64,000 nucleotides of DNA from Octopus sinensis (GCF_006345805.1 NC_043009.1:14260001-14324000), one strand, 5' to 3'. Shown: positions 1 to 11,873, counted from the stretch's first letter. Notes: generated by a model from the letters alone, not told the origin. Numbers and translations are program-made.

Positions 1-465
1 AATAATTATATGAGTAGATTCCGATTATTGAGGAAGTGAGTGTTCATTTTGCGTTGTAAATGATGATAACGAATACGTTTTAAGAGATAAGGACGGATAT
101 ATTGTTAGTTTGATGGTAGCCTGGGAAAGACTGCATGTAAATTTTGAAGACACGTGAACTGGGTAGGTGTGGGATGGATGTGGAAGGATGTAGTTATTTT
201 TGATTTTCGAAATTGAATTGTGTTGTGTCACAATGTGAAATAGTATTAATAATATAAAATGCACGTTATGCCAATTTGGTTATATGCTGACCTTATAATA
301 ATACTCATGCTATTTCTTTCCTGTCCTGAATTTTAAAATTTGGTTTGTGAGCAGGATTTTAACCTAATGGTAAATTGTCTACTTAACGGAATATAGCAGC
401 GAACTTTTCTTCATACTTTCATTTAAACGAAAGATATTTAGGAGTGCTTTTTCTTTCTTTTTCAG

Positions 466-558
466 GGACAGTGCAAATATTACTGAAATGCTATAAGTCA
501 ATGAAATTTTGTTCGTTAGCTGACACTTTTGGATTTAACCAGCTGCGATTTTCCCATG
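466..558 (+). CDS. Candidate isolated internal exon of an unidentified plus-strand gene
   Basis: Strong acceptor (ttttctttctttttcag, AG 464-465) and donor GTAAGT (559-564). 93 nt, phase 1-1, one open frame: TVQILLKCYKSMKFCSLADTFGFNQLRFSH. No recognisable homology. Confidence 0.3.
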
Positions 559-3500
559 GTAAGTATTATTGGAAGTGAAAATCAATGGTACACATATGCA
601 TATTTTCGTCTTCATATATAGAATAGACTTCTTAGTGAGTGCTAATTAATTCTGATTTTTGTCTTCTGACGTCACTCGACATGCCATTATATAGCGGGAA
701 TTAAGCAAGATACGGGTTTGATAGTTACCGTAAAAATATTTCAGAATATATTTTCTCTGATGTAATTCAGGTTACAGAATATAAACAGCTGATGAATTGA
801 CGCAGTCGAAGAAATGTCTTCACAATTTTCCTTGCTGTACTCTACTCCACACTGACATCAAAGTTATTCAAAACATGTTAGAATATTTTTTCTTTGACAA
901 GATGTGAAAACATTTGAACTGGCATATTTCCATCGAAGGAAAAACTTGAGATCTCCATCAAGAACACACATAATACTACCTTTGTATACTTCCATACATT
1001 ATGATTGTAGATATATGCATAAAAAAAATTCATACAAAATGTTTGTTTGCGTACAAATGTGGATGTATGTGTAATTCTCTTTTCTTCTTACTTTTATCTC
1101 TCTCTATACACACATACACATATGTATACGTAAGTACAAATTCACAAATACACACACACACATTGAATGAGAAAGAAAGAGAGAGAGAGGGAAAGCGAGG
1201 TGCTGAGAGAGAGAGAGAGGAAAAGCGAGGTGCTGAGAGAGAGAGAGAGAGAGTAGAATAAATGAAAATATGTACGAATATATCTTATTTTATTTTTATT
1301 ATACCTTTCAAAGACAAGTTCAATTCACGTCAAGACGAATATCATTATGTCCATTTTTTTTTACTGAGGGATGGTTAAATTGGTTGAATGAGTTTAGTAT
1401 GAATACACTAAATTTCATTTTGGTATCACGTCAGTTCATATTTATTGGTTTTGACACTAATTTCTCTCTTCTCAGATCCACAATACTTAACCATCTTTTT
1501 TGTTTATCCAGAAGAAAGGTTAAATGAAGATAAAAAGTCTAGGGTATGCATGTACACATGCATACTACATACATACATACACACATACATACATAATACA
1601 TACACACACACACACATATATATATATGTATGTATATATATGTCAATACATGTATATATTCATATATAGATCTATGTAAATATATATATATATATATATA
1701 CGTACAACACTCCCAATATGTGTGTATGTATTATATATATATATATATATATACATAACGCATAAAATATATTATGTAAATATTAAATACCTCTAGGCAT
1801 ATAAACATACATTCAGAGTGTAAAAAATAAACAAAAACATGATTTTTTTTTATGTAAATGTCATAGAACACATCAAAAACTAAATGTAATACTTGCAGGG
1901 ATGATGAATGAAAAAAAAAAAAACTTCTTCAACCAATAATTCAATGCAAATGTTTTTCAAAAATATTCTTGTTTTTATTTTGCAATATGATATAGAGATT
2001 CTTCTGCAACACTAAACATTGATGCATAATAACCTCAGCAGGACGACTTGCAACGATCCTATAAACTAAGCGATATCAGTTCGTATTCTCTAATTTTCTT
2101 AAAAATAACTATTATATCTAAAGAATAACATAATTGTTATATCTAGCTGTTGTTGTTGTTGCTAATGCTACTATTGTTGTTGTTATTGCTGCTGCTGTTG
2201 TTTTTCATAACTAGACTAATCTTGATAGAAAACCTTAGGAGTTATCAAATATATGCAGCCATGTCTATTCTATATTCTACTGGATAACGACATACTGTTA
2301 CTTTTTTTAAAAATAAAACATTGTCTATTTCAAGATTCGGTTCCTATTTTTATATTCTTGGTAGGTCAAGCGACTATGTAGGACGTTCCTTTATGCCACA
2401 TTATTTCCGGTGATTTATGTAGCTTGTTTGCGGTCATTTTCCATCCATTCATCTTAGAAAATATAGTACAGAATAAATTGAATTAAAGGCATTTATTTAT
2501 ATTACTTTTCTTTGTCGTAAGTGCTTTTGTTTTCTATTTATTTCATCTTTTTAAGTTTGTGTTTATATTTCTGTTTAAATCCTTCCATCAGTATTCACTT
2601 ACAGATCTATTTCAATTATTCTCACTTTCGTAGTTTTATTACAATCTGCGTTCAATTTGTCTTCATCTAGTTGGCTATTTTATTATTCTTTGTTTTTAGT
2701 TCTGTCTTCAGTTTTTCGTCTCAACGTATATTCAGCAACTCCAACCTCAAAAAGCACTTTAAACTCAATTCTATAATTAAATCTTGAACATATTAACGAT
2801 TAACCTTACACATAAAACTTGGAATAACTTTCTCTGATCGGAGTGTTCCATAGAAATCCATATATTTCTGTGAAGAAAGACTGTTTTCATAATTTATTGT
2901 CAGTTACATCTCCTATATACATACATTGTAGACTATGAATACATAGGGAACAAGCACGATATTAATTCTCTTGATAAATCCATGGAAGTTACAATATTCT
3001 CTTCATTTCTTACAAAAACTTGGAGTGAAAGGTTTGTTTAATATATGCAGCGTATTAAAGGTTTGTTTGATATATGTAACATACATAAAAACACCAAGTT
3101 TTCATGTTCTTAATAAAGGATAATTTTGAGGGTTCTGTTCATGACAGGAGTATAAGTTGTGAAGTTGTGGAACGTTTTAATGATGTCATTGATAAGAATA
3201 TTACATTCCCTTAATTTCTCATGATGAAAATACACAACAACAGGATGTACGATTGCAAGTCTTTGGCAGATATGGTTCTGTGGGACCTGTTTTTGTCTTT
3301 TGATGTTTTCGTGAGAGATGAACAAACTAAAGAAAATGAAGTTATGATAGTTTTATCTTTGATATGGTTGAAATTGAGAGTGATAGTGCAACAGTTGATT
3401 ATAGAAGAAAGTGTTTTTCATATTATAAGATAATCCAACAAAAGAAATATTGTTATAAAGAATTGTAAGGATATGCTTTGGGAGAGGAATGAATTGTAGG

Positions 3501-3829
3501 GTAATAGCAGATCCACTGTTAAGACGATTTCTTCGTGCCACTGGAAGGATTGGAAAATGTTCTGCATTCTGTAAATTGAAGCGAGCGTTTAGGAGAAATC
3601 TTTGACGTAGAAGAGCTTTTAGTGTTTTGTTGGAAACTGCTGTGTGGAAGTAGAACACTCGTATTTGGTTGGCTCCTAATGGACTGTGCCGCAATATAAA
3701 TTTACATGGGCAGAGAGTGTGTGGAGAGAGTCGCCTCGCATTTTTGGGTGTTGGTGTTGATTTCTTTAAAACGCAAGTTAAATTATTAGACACTATCATT
3801 ATATATTGTTGTAAGTTTCCTCGCACCAA

Positions 3830-5490
3830 GATTCGTTAAATTGTTAAAGTGTTAGATTGTTAAATTGTTGAATTCTGTCGCTGTTTTTTGCCTATTTTTG
3901 GAGACTGTTTCTTCTCCACTCATGGGTGAAATGGTAACAAAGGTGAAATGGAGCGCGTCGTAAGTTATGCATCCGCAACTATACAAGGTATTACGACCAA
4001 CACCCTTGAAGTTCGTTAGATAAAAAATAGACACAAAGGAAACAAATTGTTACAAAAGGAAGGGGCCAGATTAAAGCTGACCGCACTAGAAGTGGCGAAG
4101 AATGTAGCAAGGAAAACGGTTGTGTACAGGAAGTTATCAACCGCTACCAAAAAAGTAGAGATTGCCCCAATAGAGGCAATTGAAGACTGTCTACGTGACG
4201 TAAAAGAATTAACCCCTTCTATACTAGTGGAAGAAAATACAGCACAGTCGAGGTTAGGTTCTCCAACGAGTAGGATGCTATTAACCACTCCACTGAACAA
4301 ATAAGGACACAAGAGAGGGTGCTGCTACCGAGAGACTGTGGCAAACGTGTTGCCAGAGTGAGTGTCGGCAGAGTGCCTCCCGAGATCGAAGAATCATGGC
4401 TGGTGGCAGTAGTCATGCACGGAAGGGAGGAAGATGCAAGGAGTTTGAAGATAACCAGAACGTAGGAAGTTAATTGATGGGGTAACGGCCTAGAGATGGT
4501 AATTCAAGTTGGGTTAAAAGAGCTACAAAGAATTGTAGAAGAGCTTCTTCAACCAGAAGACATTACATTAAGAGTGGTGGTGGAGGGAAAACCTCCATGT
4601 TTTCTATGTAAACAAAGAGGACATATGAAAGCAAGGTGCCCTCAGCAAGAAAGTAAACTAGTGAGGTCAGCTTTAACCTGGCCCCTTCTTTTTGTAACAA
4701 TTTGTTTCCTTTGTGTCTACTTTTATCTCGCGAACTTCAAGGGTGTTGGTCGTAATACCTTGTGTAGTTGCGGATGCATAACACGAAGGACAACCCGCCG
4801 AAGAGGAGGGGCTGGGAAAAAACGAAAATAAAGAGGAACCATTTACTGTCGCAAATAGGCGAAAGTGAAAAGAGCGGGTGAGCTCTCCGCCAGAGAGCCA
4901 AAAAGTATGAAGGAAATAGAGGAGGTACCGAGGAACTGGTCAGATATACCAGCAAAGGTATCATAACATGAGGTGGAAGACATAATAGTGAATGATTATT
5001 CTGATGTACAGACGGAGGAACGACTACCCCGTAGCATGGTAAATTCCATTGTCTGGACCACGGTCGAATAATGATGGTGATGACCCCGGACGACAAGGAA
5101 AATGACTAGCCCGGACGGCCCAAATCCGGAGCATAAACATGTAAATGAGAATAAGAAAATGTGGCATGTAGTCACATATGTGAAAAGCACCGCCATAGAT
5201 CGGAAAATAACGAAGTTTAATGGTGCCATAAGGATTAAACTGCCAACAAAAAGTTACCCGGAACACATCAAAGGTGTGGTGATTGACAAAGAAAGGTATA
5301 GAAAATTGAAAGAACTATTTGGAATTGAGGTGAAACCTTTGGAGGAAGAGATTGAATTTGAGGAACTACCAAAATTAGTTAAATATGAAGAATTAACACC
5401 CTTAATCAATGGAAATAGAGGAATCCTTTAAAAGGAAAAATGGGGAAATAGACTGTTTATAAAACGGAATAAAAAAGATGCAAAAAGAAA
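3830..5490 (+). mobile_element. L1/Tx1-like non-LTR retrotransposon ORF1 (gag-like, CCHC zinc knuckle), disrupted, no ORF2 following
   Basis: ATG at 3948. Frames encode KTVVYRKLST..., RVVVEGKPPCFLCKQRGHMKARC (C-x2-C-x4-H-x4-C, about 4598-4639) and an acidic/basic C-terminal region ending at 5431. AATAAA and an A-rich stretch follow. Homologous to 6760-8070. Confidence 0.65.
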
Positions 5491-5519
5491 AAAAAGAGCT
5501 TTCAAAATCAACAGTTAAA

Positions 5520-5710
5520 TGGTACAGCTTGAGAGTGGTGCTCAATGTAACCATTTCATCGTCATCATCGATTTCATTATACATTTTTCATTTTTTCATT
5601 CGCTTTATGCTTTTGTCCCCATTGTGGTGTTGTGTCTGTCCTTCTGGTGTCCCCTCTCTTTATGAAGGCCATCGCAGTTTCGATTCCCAGACCGAGAGTT
5701 GTGTGTGTTT
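5520..5710 (+). repeat. LTR-like repeat, copy A
   Basis: Shares ccatttcatc...tgtctgtcctt..gtgtcccctc..tttat(g/a)aaggccat...gagttg with 6480-6720 and precedes a Gypsy gag fragment. Confidence 0.4.
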
Positions 5711-5974
5711 ATTGAGCGAAATCACCTAAAGCTCCACGAGGCTCCGACAGGGGGTGGTGGCGACTCATGTTGTACTCTTTCGCTCCAACTTTCTCTCACT
5801 CTTTCTTCCTGTTTCTTGTCCCCGACTTCCTACGCAACCGCTGAGCCTAGATGCACATTCATCCATCCGTCGATGCTCTCGGTTTCGGGGATTGACCTGC
5901 TTTCTCTTCTGCGGGTCTTACGAATTGCAAGGGACCACGTTTCGGACTTCTCCCACTGGACGATGACCGCTACG

Positions 5975-6340
5975 CGCAACAGCAACAGCAGCAGCAGCAA
6001 CTACAAACGTTAACATAGTTGTTACTGCAGTCGAGAAATACGACAGAATCAATTTCAGCGAACGGTGTTGCAAACTCCATCGAAGAATTTCAGTATAAAC
6101 CGTATGAAGGAACTACTTTTACCTTGTATTACAGACGATATGAGGACATATTCAGAGAGTAATGCAATGGATGGTGTAGTGAAAGGAAAGTAAGGCTCCT
6201 TTTGCAAAAACTTTCCCCTCCGAAACACGAAAGCTTTTATAACTATATTTTGCCGAGAAAGCCCACGGGATTGTATTTTGATGACACGATAAATATTTTG
6301 ACTAATATTTTTAGTGAAAAAGTTCGCAGTTTAAAATTCG
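5975..6340 (+). mobile_element. Ty3/Gypsy gag N-terminal fragment (pseudogenised)
   Basis: A single frame with two stops reads QQQQQLQ...SIEEFQYKPYEGTTFTLYYRRYEDIFRE*C...KVRLLLQKLSPPKHESFYNYILPRKP..LYFDDTINILTNIFSEK. This is the typical invertebrate Gypsy gag motif set. Confidence 0.7.
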
Positions 6341-6479
6341 ATTTTTGGAAAATGAGAGTTGTAATATCACCACTTCAGTTTAGATACGACGAGTTGCCAT
6401 CTGTTGTAATTTTCGACGATCTTATGCAATATTTGTTGTAATTGTGTTTAAGAAAAGAAAACGGAAAAAAAAGATACAT

Positions 6480-6720
6480 GACTGTAAAATGAACTGTACA
6501 TTAAAAGAAGAGTAAAATGAAACTGCTTGTTTTAGGGGTCGAGTAAGCCATTTCATCCTCATTTTTTATCAGCCCATTCGATGTGTTTTATATGTTCTCC
6601 AATGTCTTGTTTTGTCTGTCCTTGTCGTGTCCCCTCTTTATAAAGGCCATGTGCCTAAATAAAAGAAATCGAGCTGTGTAAAGCCAAGAGTTGCGTATTG
6701 TAGAGTGTAATTAAACGCTT
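6480..6720 (+). repeat. LTR-like repeat, copy B
   Basis: Related to copy A. Has a TATA-like tttataaa and AATAAA, and is preceded by a purine-rich tract (about 6450-6473) that could be a PPT. Confidence 0.4.
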
Positions 6721-6759
6721 TTTTTGTGTCTTGTTGAAGGTTCTCCCTTGCGGGTGTGT

Positions 6760-8070
6760 CTATGATTTAAGTTATTGAATGCTGTTGCCGTTTTGCCTGC
6801 GGGCCTGTGCTTTTTGCGTTTGTTTTCTTTCACCCATTTTGGAGCGAAGAGACTTGAAGAAAGAAATGAATTACGAACTGGTTAAAGCTCATGCCAGGCG
6901 CTATGCTTCGGCGGCTGGAAAACGTACCACCGCGACAGATTCGCTGGAGGTGCAGGAAGTCAGAATTGAACCTGAGAAGATGGAAGAGTATAACGAGTTG
7001 ATCCAGAAGGAGAGGTCAAGTTTAAGGTTGACCCCTCCAGAAGAAGTGGCCAACAAAACAAAAAGGACAGTGGTTCACAGAACACTGTCCACAGCCAGTA
7101 AAAACATTGAGATAGCTACAGAAGAATCTATAGAACAATGCCTGGAAGAAGTAAAGAGTGTAGCAACATTCTACACTAGAGGTAGAAAATACGGCACAGT
7201 GGAGGTGAGGTTTGCCACCGAACAAGAGGCAATAAATCACTCCACTGTGACGCCGATGTCACAAGAATGGGTACTCCTGCCGACCTACTGCAGCAAAATA
7301 GTTGCAAGAATAAGGATAGGCAGGGTACCACCGGCAATTGAAGAAGCGTGGATGGTAGCGGCCGTGATGCACGGAACCCACAAAGGCGCAAAGATATTAA
7401 AAATGGCAAGAACAAAGAAAATGTATTGAAGGTTTACGGCCTGGAAATGGTTATCCAGGATATCCAGCTAGACCTGAACGAAATAGCAGAGGAAGTGTTG
7501 GTGCCTGAAGACGTAAGCTGAGAGTGGTGGTAGTAGGGAGACCTCCAACATGCTACCACTGCGGAGAAAAGGGGCACATCAAAATAAAGTGCCCCTAGAG
7601 AAACAATGAAGACGGAGAAAACCAGCATGAACAAAGTCGGAGTACCGAAATGACAAGCTCAGCACAGGAGAAGCATATGAAAGACACAGAAGAAGAGGGA
7701 TTTGCAGAAGTACTCGAAAGAAAGAAAAGGAAATAGTAAACACACCCAGCAAAACTTCCAAAAAAGAAAAGGAAGAATGGTAAAACAGAAAACATTGTAA
7801 AGCAAACACATAACACGCAAGAACATTCACACAGCATATATCAACACCAGAAACACCAACAAAAAGAAAAAAGGAAACCGCCCCAGATAGTCTGACCTCA
7901 CCTTGTAAACAAACAGACACAGACAGACGTAACACACAGTCCCTCAAAAGGCCCCGTAAAAACAAAGCGCACATGATAACGTACACAAAAGTACGGCAAC
8001 TGAACGAAAATTCACCAAGTTCGAATCGGTGATTAGAGTGAATTTGCCGGCCGAAAGGTTTGTGACTTTG
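6760..8070 (+). mobile_element. Second L1/Tx1-like ORF1 element (zinc knuckle), disrupted, no ORF2
   Basis: ATG at 6866. Encodes RTVVHRTLST...GRKYGTVEVRF...RIGRVPPAIEEAW, then CYHCGEKGHIKIKC (about 7551-7592) and ERKFTKFESVIRVNLP, which matches DRKITKFNGAIRIKLP in copy 1. Confidence 0.65.
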
Positions 8071-8579
8071 TTGTATACAAGAACTAAATAAATTCATAGC
8101 TTCATCTTGTTTTGTTTTATCCAAATGATTTGTTAGAACATAATGTATGAATTTTTCCCTAGCTTCCATAGGAAGTTTAAGGAGAAGTTAATGTACTTTT
8201 ATATCATTAGTTCAACTAATGCATGCATTAAAATGATATCATGAGCTGTATATTTTCATTGTAATTAAAAATAAGAAAAAGAGATTTCGAAGGTAAAGTT
8301 ACAAAATCTAAAAGGAGAACTATATTACTGGTCTTGCAGATAAAGTTGGATCTGATTACCCAATTATTTTCGTATTGATCATCCTATTATTATTGTGAGG
8401 ATTATTTAAATCCTTTGGCATTGTTTGTTATTATATGTGGAGCGGAAATGTTATATTTGACGAAGGATGTTTGCATAAACGATAGCATAAATGCATTTCA
8501 TATGTTAGTCCTATAGCGCGTCAATCACGCTTTAATATATGGCCGTCACGTACTTTGTCAAATCTGCAAGGATTTTAAT

Positions 8580-8768
8580 TTAGAACGCAGAGATGTTGCA
8601 AACTGCTGAAAGGTATTCTACTGTTTCCAAAAGACTATCAATCAATCCATTTACTCTCTCTCTGCCAACTGCCCCTGGGTGGGTCGCGGAGTTAGATTCC
8701 TCAGGCACCTCCTCTACTGACGTGTCAAAAGCAATCATCATTACACTTTCTTTTGAAACACTACAATC
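8580..8768 (-). CDS. Candidate downstream exon of the iGluR-like gene (phase 0, runs into a stop)
   Basis: Acceptor aattatttcag. Elevated GC. Only phase 0 is open: DCSVSKESVMMIAFDTSVEEVPEE...NGLIDSLLETVEYLSAVCNISAF*. SVMMIAF and GLIDS loosely resemble GVNMTGF and GLLDG of the kainate-receptor ATD exon that also starts at a phase-0 Asp. Confidence 0.45.
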   Translation of the reverse strand, partial: DCSVSKESVMMIAFDTSVEEVPEESNSATHPGAVGRERVNGLIDSLLETVEYLSAVCNISAF

Positions 8769-8802
8769 CTGAAATAATTATTTTTACTATATATACACGG
8801 TG

Positions 8803-8995
8803 GGAATTTTTGGGGGAAGGGCTAGACGGTTATATCGATTACGTGAACCTCAGTGCTCAAATCAAATTCATTTTATCGATCTGGAAAGGCTGAAAGGTAA
8901 AGTCGACCTCAGTGGAATTTGAACCCAGAACATAAAGATGGATGAAATGCCGTTAAGCATTTTGTCCGGCATGCTAACGATTCTCCCAGCTTATC
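8803..8995 (-). mobile_element. tRNA-derived SINE family A
   Basis: Reverse complement of the family A head (A/B boxes, GGTTCAAATTCC) and of the gtcgactttacctttcagcctttc core. Degraded. Confidence 0.75.
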
Positions 8996-9557
8996 GTACC
9001 AACCAGAAATAATGCTTGAATATTCTTCATATTCATTCAATAATTCTAAAGCCAAAAATATCCAGCCATCATCATATAGGAGGTCCCTGCCTGCTCATTA
9101 ATCAAAGTAACACACCACATGACCCCTTAGCTCATACCAGTCGGCATGAACCATCAGGTACTTCAATCCATACAACTAGTCAGAGAGGGCCAGTTTTATG
9201 CCAATTATCAACTAGCAGAAAAGGCACATTACGCAGCCTGTCCTTCGTACTCACGTCTTTTATCTCTAATGCATCTAAGCCATTCACCGGCGAAGAGCAC
9301 TACTACTGATACCGAACGGATGTTATCATCTCTACTGGCTGCCACACATTCAACTTACTGTACAATCCATACAAAACAATATTCGAAACGTAATAACATG
9401 TCTTATTACATTACACAACCTGCAAACTATCCTACAGCTTCAATTAAAGCTAGTTAGTTTCCTTCCGTTAATAATAGGGTCGTTCAATACGCTACTCTTC
9501 AGCTAATTGCCAAAAGCTGATGAAATATTGTTTACAGAGCATGATTGAATGACTTAC

Positions 9558-9599
9558 TAAGCATAGTAGTGAAATCTCTCTCAAATTCCATCCTGGTGC
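9558..9599 (-). CDS. Candidate 42-nt phase 0-0 mini-exon of the iGluR-like gene
   Basis: Pyrimidine tract plus AAG acceptor and GTAAGT donor. Reads APGWNLREISLLCL and sits where a short Ala-initiated 0-0 exon occurs in kainate receptor genes. Sequence similarity is weak. Confidence 0.3.
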
Positions 9600-10589
9600 C
9601 TTTAAAAATAAATGGTAGAACTTGTAACTTAGGGCTATCTGCTTTACACAATAATAAGCAATATATACACTATGTACGTAAAATAAATACGGACTAGACA
9701 TGGCTGGAATACGCTTGGTCATAGATTTGTTCTATTATAGTTCGCTAGAAAAAAACAATAAAAAGCATTACTAAACAGTAGCTGAACAATCTATGCAATC
9801 AACACTGCTCCACACGTTATGCCCTTAATGAAAGACCGCTACAAAATATTCTTCACACCAGTTGTCTTATCACAACGCATACGCTACCCAAAAACATCTC
9901 GTCCTAACATGTCAAAGGAATCAAACAAGGGAAATATTTCTTCCCATATTCTTAAATATTGCGGTTTACTGTAGCAATTATCACTATATACGCTTCAACC
10001 TAATACTTTCTGTCACGATTTAAACCCATCTTATGATGATATGCTACATGTTCTATCCTGAAGAAAACTTCTTGTAATTTTACCAAATGCTTACATAATT
10101 CCAGTTTCAATGATTATTTAAACAATTCCGCTCAAATACCGACGCCGTTATACTCGGCCTCTCCTAATACTCACGGATTTCATTAACTACAACGTCTATC
10201 GAACCAGATTTAGTGAAGTTGTATTCTCCTTTGTCATTCGTTAATGGTGTCTCGTCCTTCGCCGACAACAATACAGGTAAAAATACCGTGATTTAATCAG
10301 TCCCAGCGTTATTGCAGTCAATGACCAACTATATTTAAATTAATTATTTCAGAGACCACAGACATTTAAAGATTTTTCTTCTAAATTTTAAATGATAACA
10401 AATTGGTTATCTCAGGTTCATCTCTGAATTGTAAGACATATGTAACTGAATATGTAACTCTGTAAATAGAAATATTAACCAAAAGCATTTATCTTGTTTT
10501 TAAGATAGTTGATGACACTGTGTTGATATTAAGTTAACCAAGGAGAACCCTTAGAGAAATAAATGTTTTGGTTATGGAACTAGAAAGTG

Positions 10590-10895
10590 TTAGTAATTGT
10601 TGCTAGAATTTTCATCCCGTTTATAGTATCCTTGTGTCTATTCTCTCTCTTTGTTTTCCCTGTATGTATGAGATTGTACCTAGAAAGCTTTCTCCCTGGT
10701 GTTGAGAGAAGAGACTGGTATGCATGGGCGATTAATGGTATTCTAAAAACAACTTTGCCCAGACTGGTGCCACCGATATTGTCCAAGGGAAAGGCAAAGG
10801 GCAATACAACTTGGCACCAGTGACGTCGCAAGACATTTCTACAACTGAGTGAACTGGAATTACATGAATTAAAATGTTTTGCTCAAGAACACAAC
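10590..10895 (-). mobile_element. tRNA-derived SINE family B, headless copy with internal inversion
   Basis: The reverse complement matches 29070-29405 (ggctgtgtgttgtgttcttgagcaa...gcctttccctt...ctttctag), with one roughly 65-nt block inverted. Confidence 0.7.
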
Positions 10896-11746
10896 ACACA
10901 GCCCTTTTTACTTTTTGTGTATGTAGGTTTTATTTGTACGTATGAGTGCGCAGATATATATTTAAATATATATATATATATGTGTGTGCGAATGTTCCCT
11001 GACACAGTATATGAGAGTGTATTAATATTTATGGGTATATGCGGATGTGTGTGTGAGTGTGTGTGTTAGTGTATAGACACTGCTGCCTATACTGATTTGT
11101 CTATGAGCCATGCGATGATAGACATACAATCTGCAATTTAGTGAATGTGTAGGGATGTGTCAGGGTGTATTCATGTGTGTGTGCATGTGTGTGTGAGTTT
11201 TTGTGTGGATGTGTGGGTTTAGGGTTGGATGTGGATGTGTATGTTTTTCTTGTGCGGTGTGGTGGAGGTCGGACGGCTCTCAACGGACCAACCGTGAGGA
11301 AGATAATGATAATTTTAAATTAAAATCCAATAGTGTATTTATGTCATAAGGAAAATTACTAACTGGAACCCGGACATACATATGTGCCACTTTGGATCCT
11401 AATGTAAGCGTTATTAATAATATTATGAATGATAATAATGGTAGCATTAATGGTATTGACAACGATAATGATGCTAACTTTAATGACACTTTAGAAATTA
11501 GTATGAAGTAATATAATGTACTATTGACTATGTATATTTGCATCTAGGTACTAATATGTGTATGTTTATTATCACAATATTAAGTTGAAAAACTGAAACA
11601 TTGAATGTGGAACATATATATGTTTACTAATTTATATTATTTATTTACATCATTATGTATATGTATATTTTTATATGTATAGGAGTGTGAGTATATGCAC
11701 TCATATGTATATGTATATGTTGTATTATGGGTATTTATATTACATA

Positions 11747-11873
11747 ATCTCCGAAGAGGCCTTATGATATTTTTGTAAACGTCTCATTTATATCTATATA
11801 TTGACCTACCATAAAAGGCTAATATTGGTAAAATGAGACCTACTTATCTACATGGCCGAAACAGCTGTAAGAT
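11747..11873 (+). ncRNA. Type I hammerhead ribozyme-like motif (core variant CCGAAGA) in a Penelope-like terminal repeat
   Basis: Stem I atct/agat. Core CCGAAGA 11751-11757. Stem II ggcc/ggcc around a ~92-nt insert. GAAA 11858-11861, palindromic stem III ACAGCTGT, GUA triplet. Confidence 0.55.

Noticed and set aside
780-830. CTGATGA...GAAA hammerhead-like string
   Set aside because: A-A mismatch at the base of stem II, and no stem III or stem I partner.
1001-1669. Short ORFs rich in YI/HT/ER repeats, and similar ORFs across the window
   Set aside because: Translations of TA, CA, GA and AAT microsatellites.
7579-8169. 196-aa hydrophobic minus-strand ORF
   Set aside because: Antisense to the A-rich end of the ORF1-like element, so the composition is an artefact.
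9060-10200. Possible old LINE RT remnant (also 19480-19900, 26750-26990, 3000-3800)
   Set aside because: Only vague motif echoes, and the family cannot be supported.
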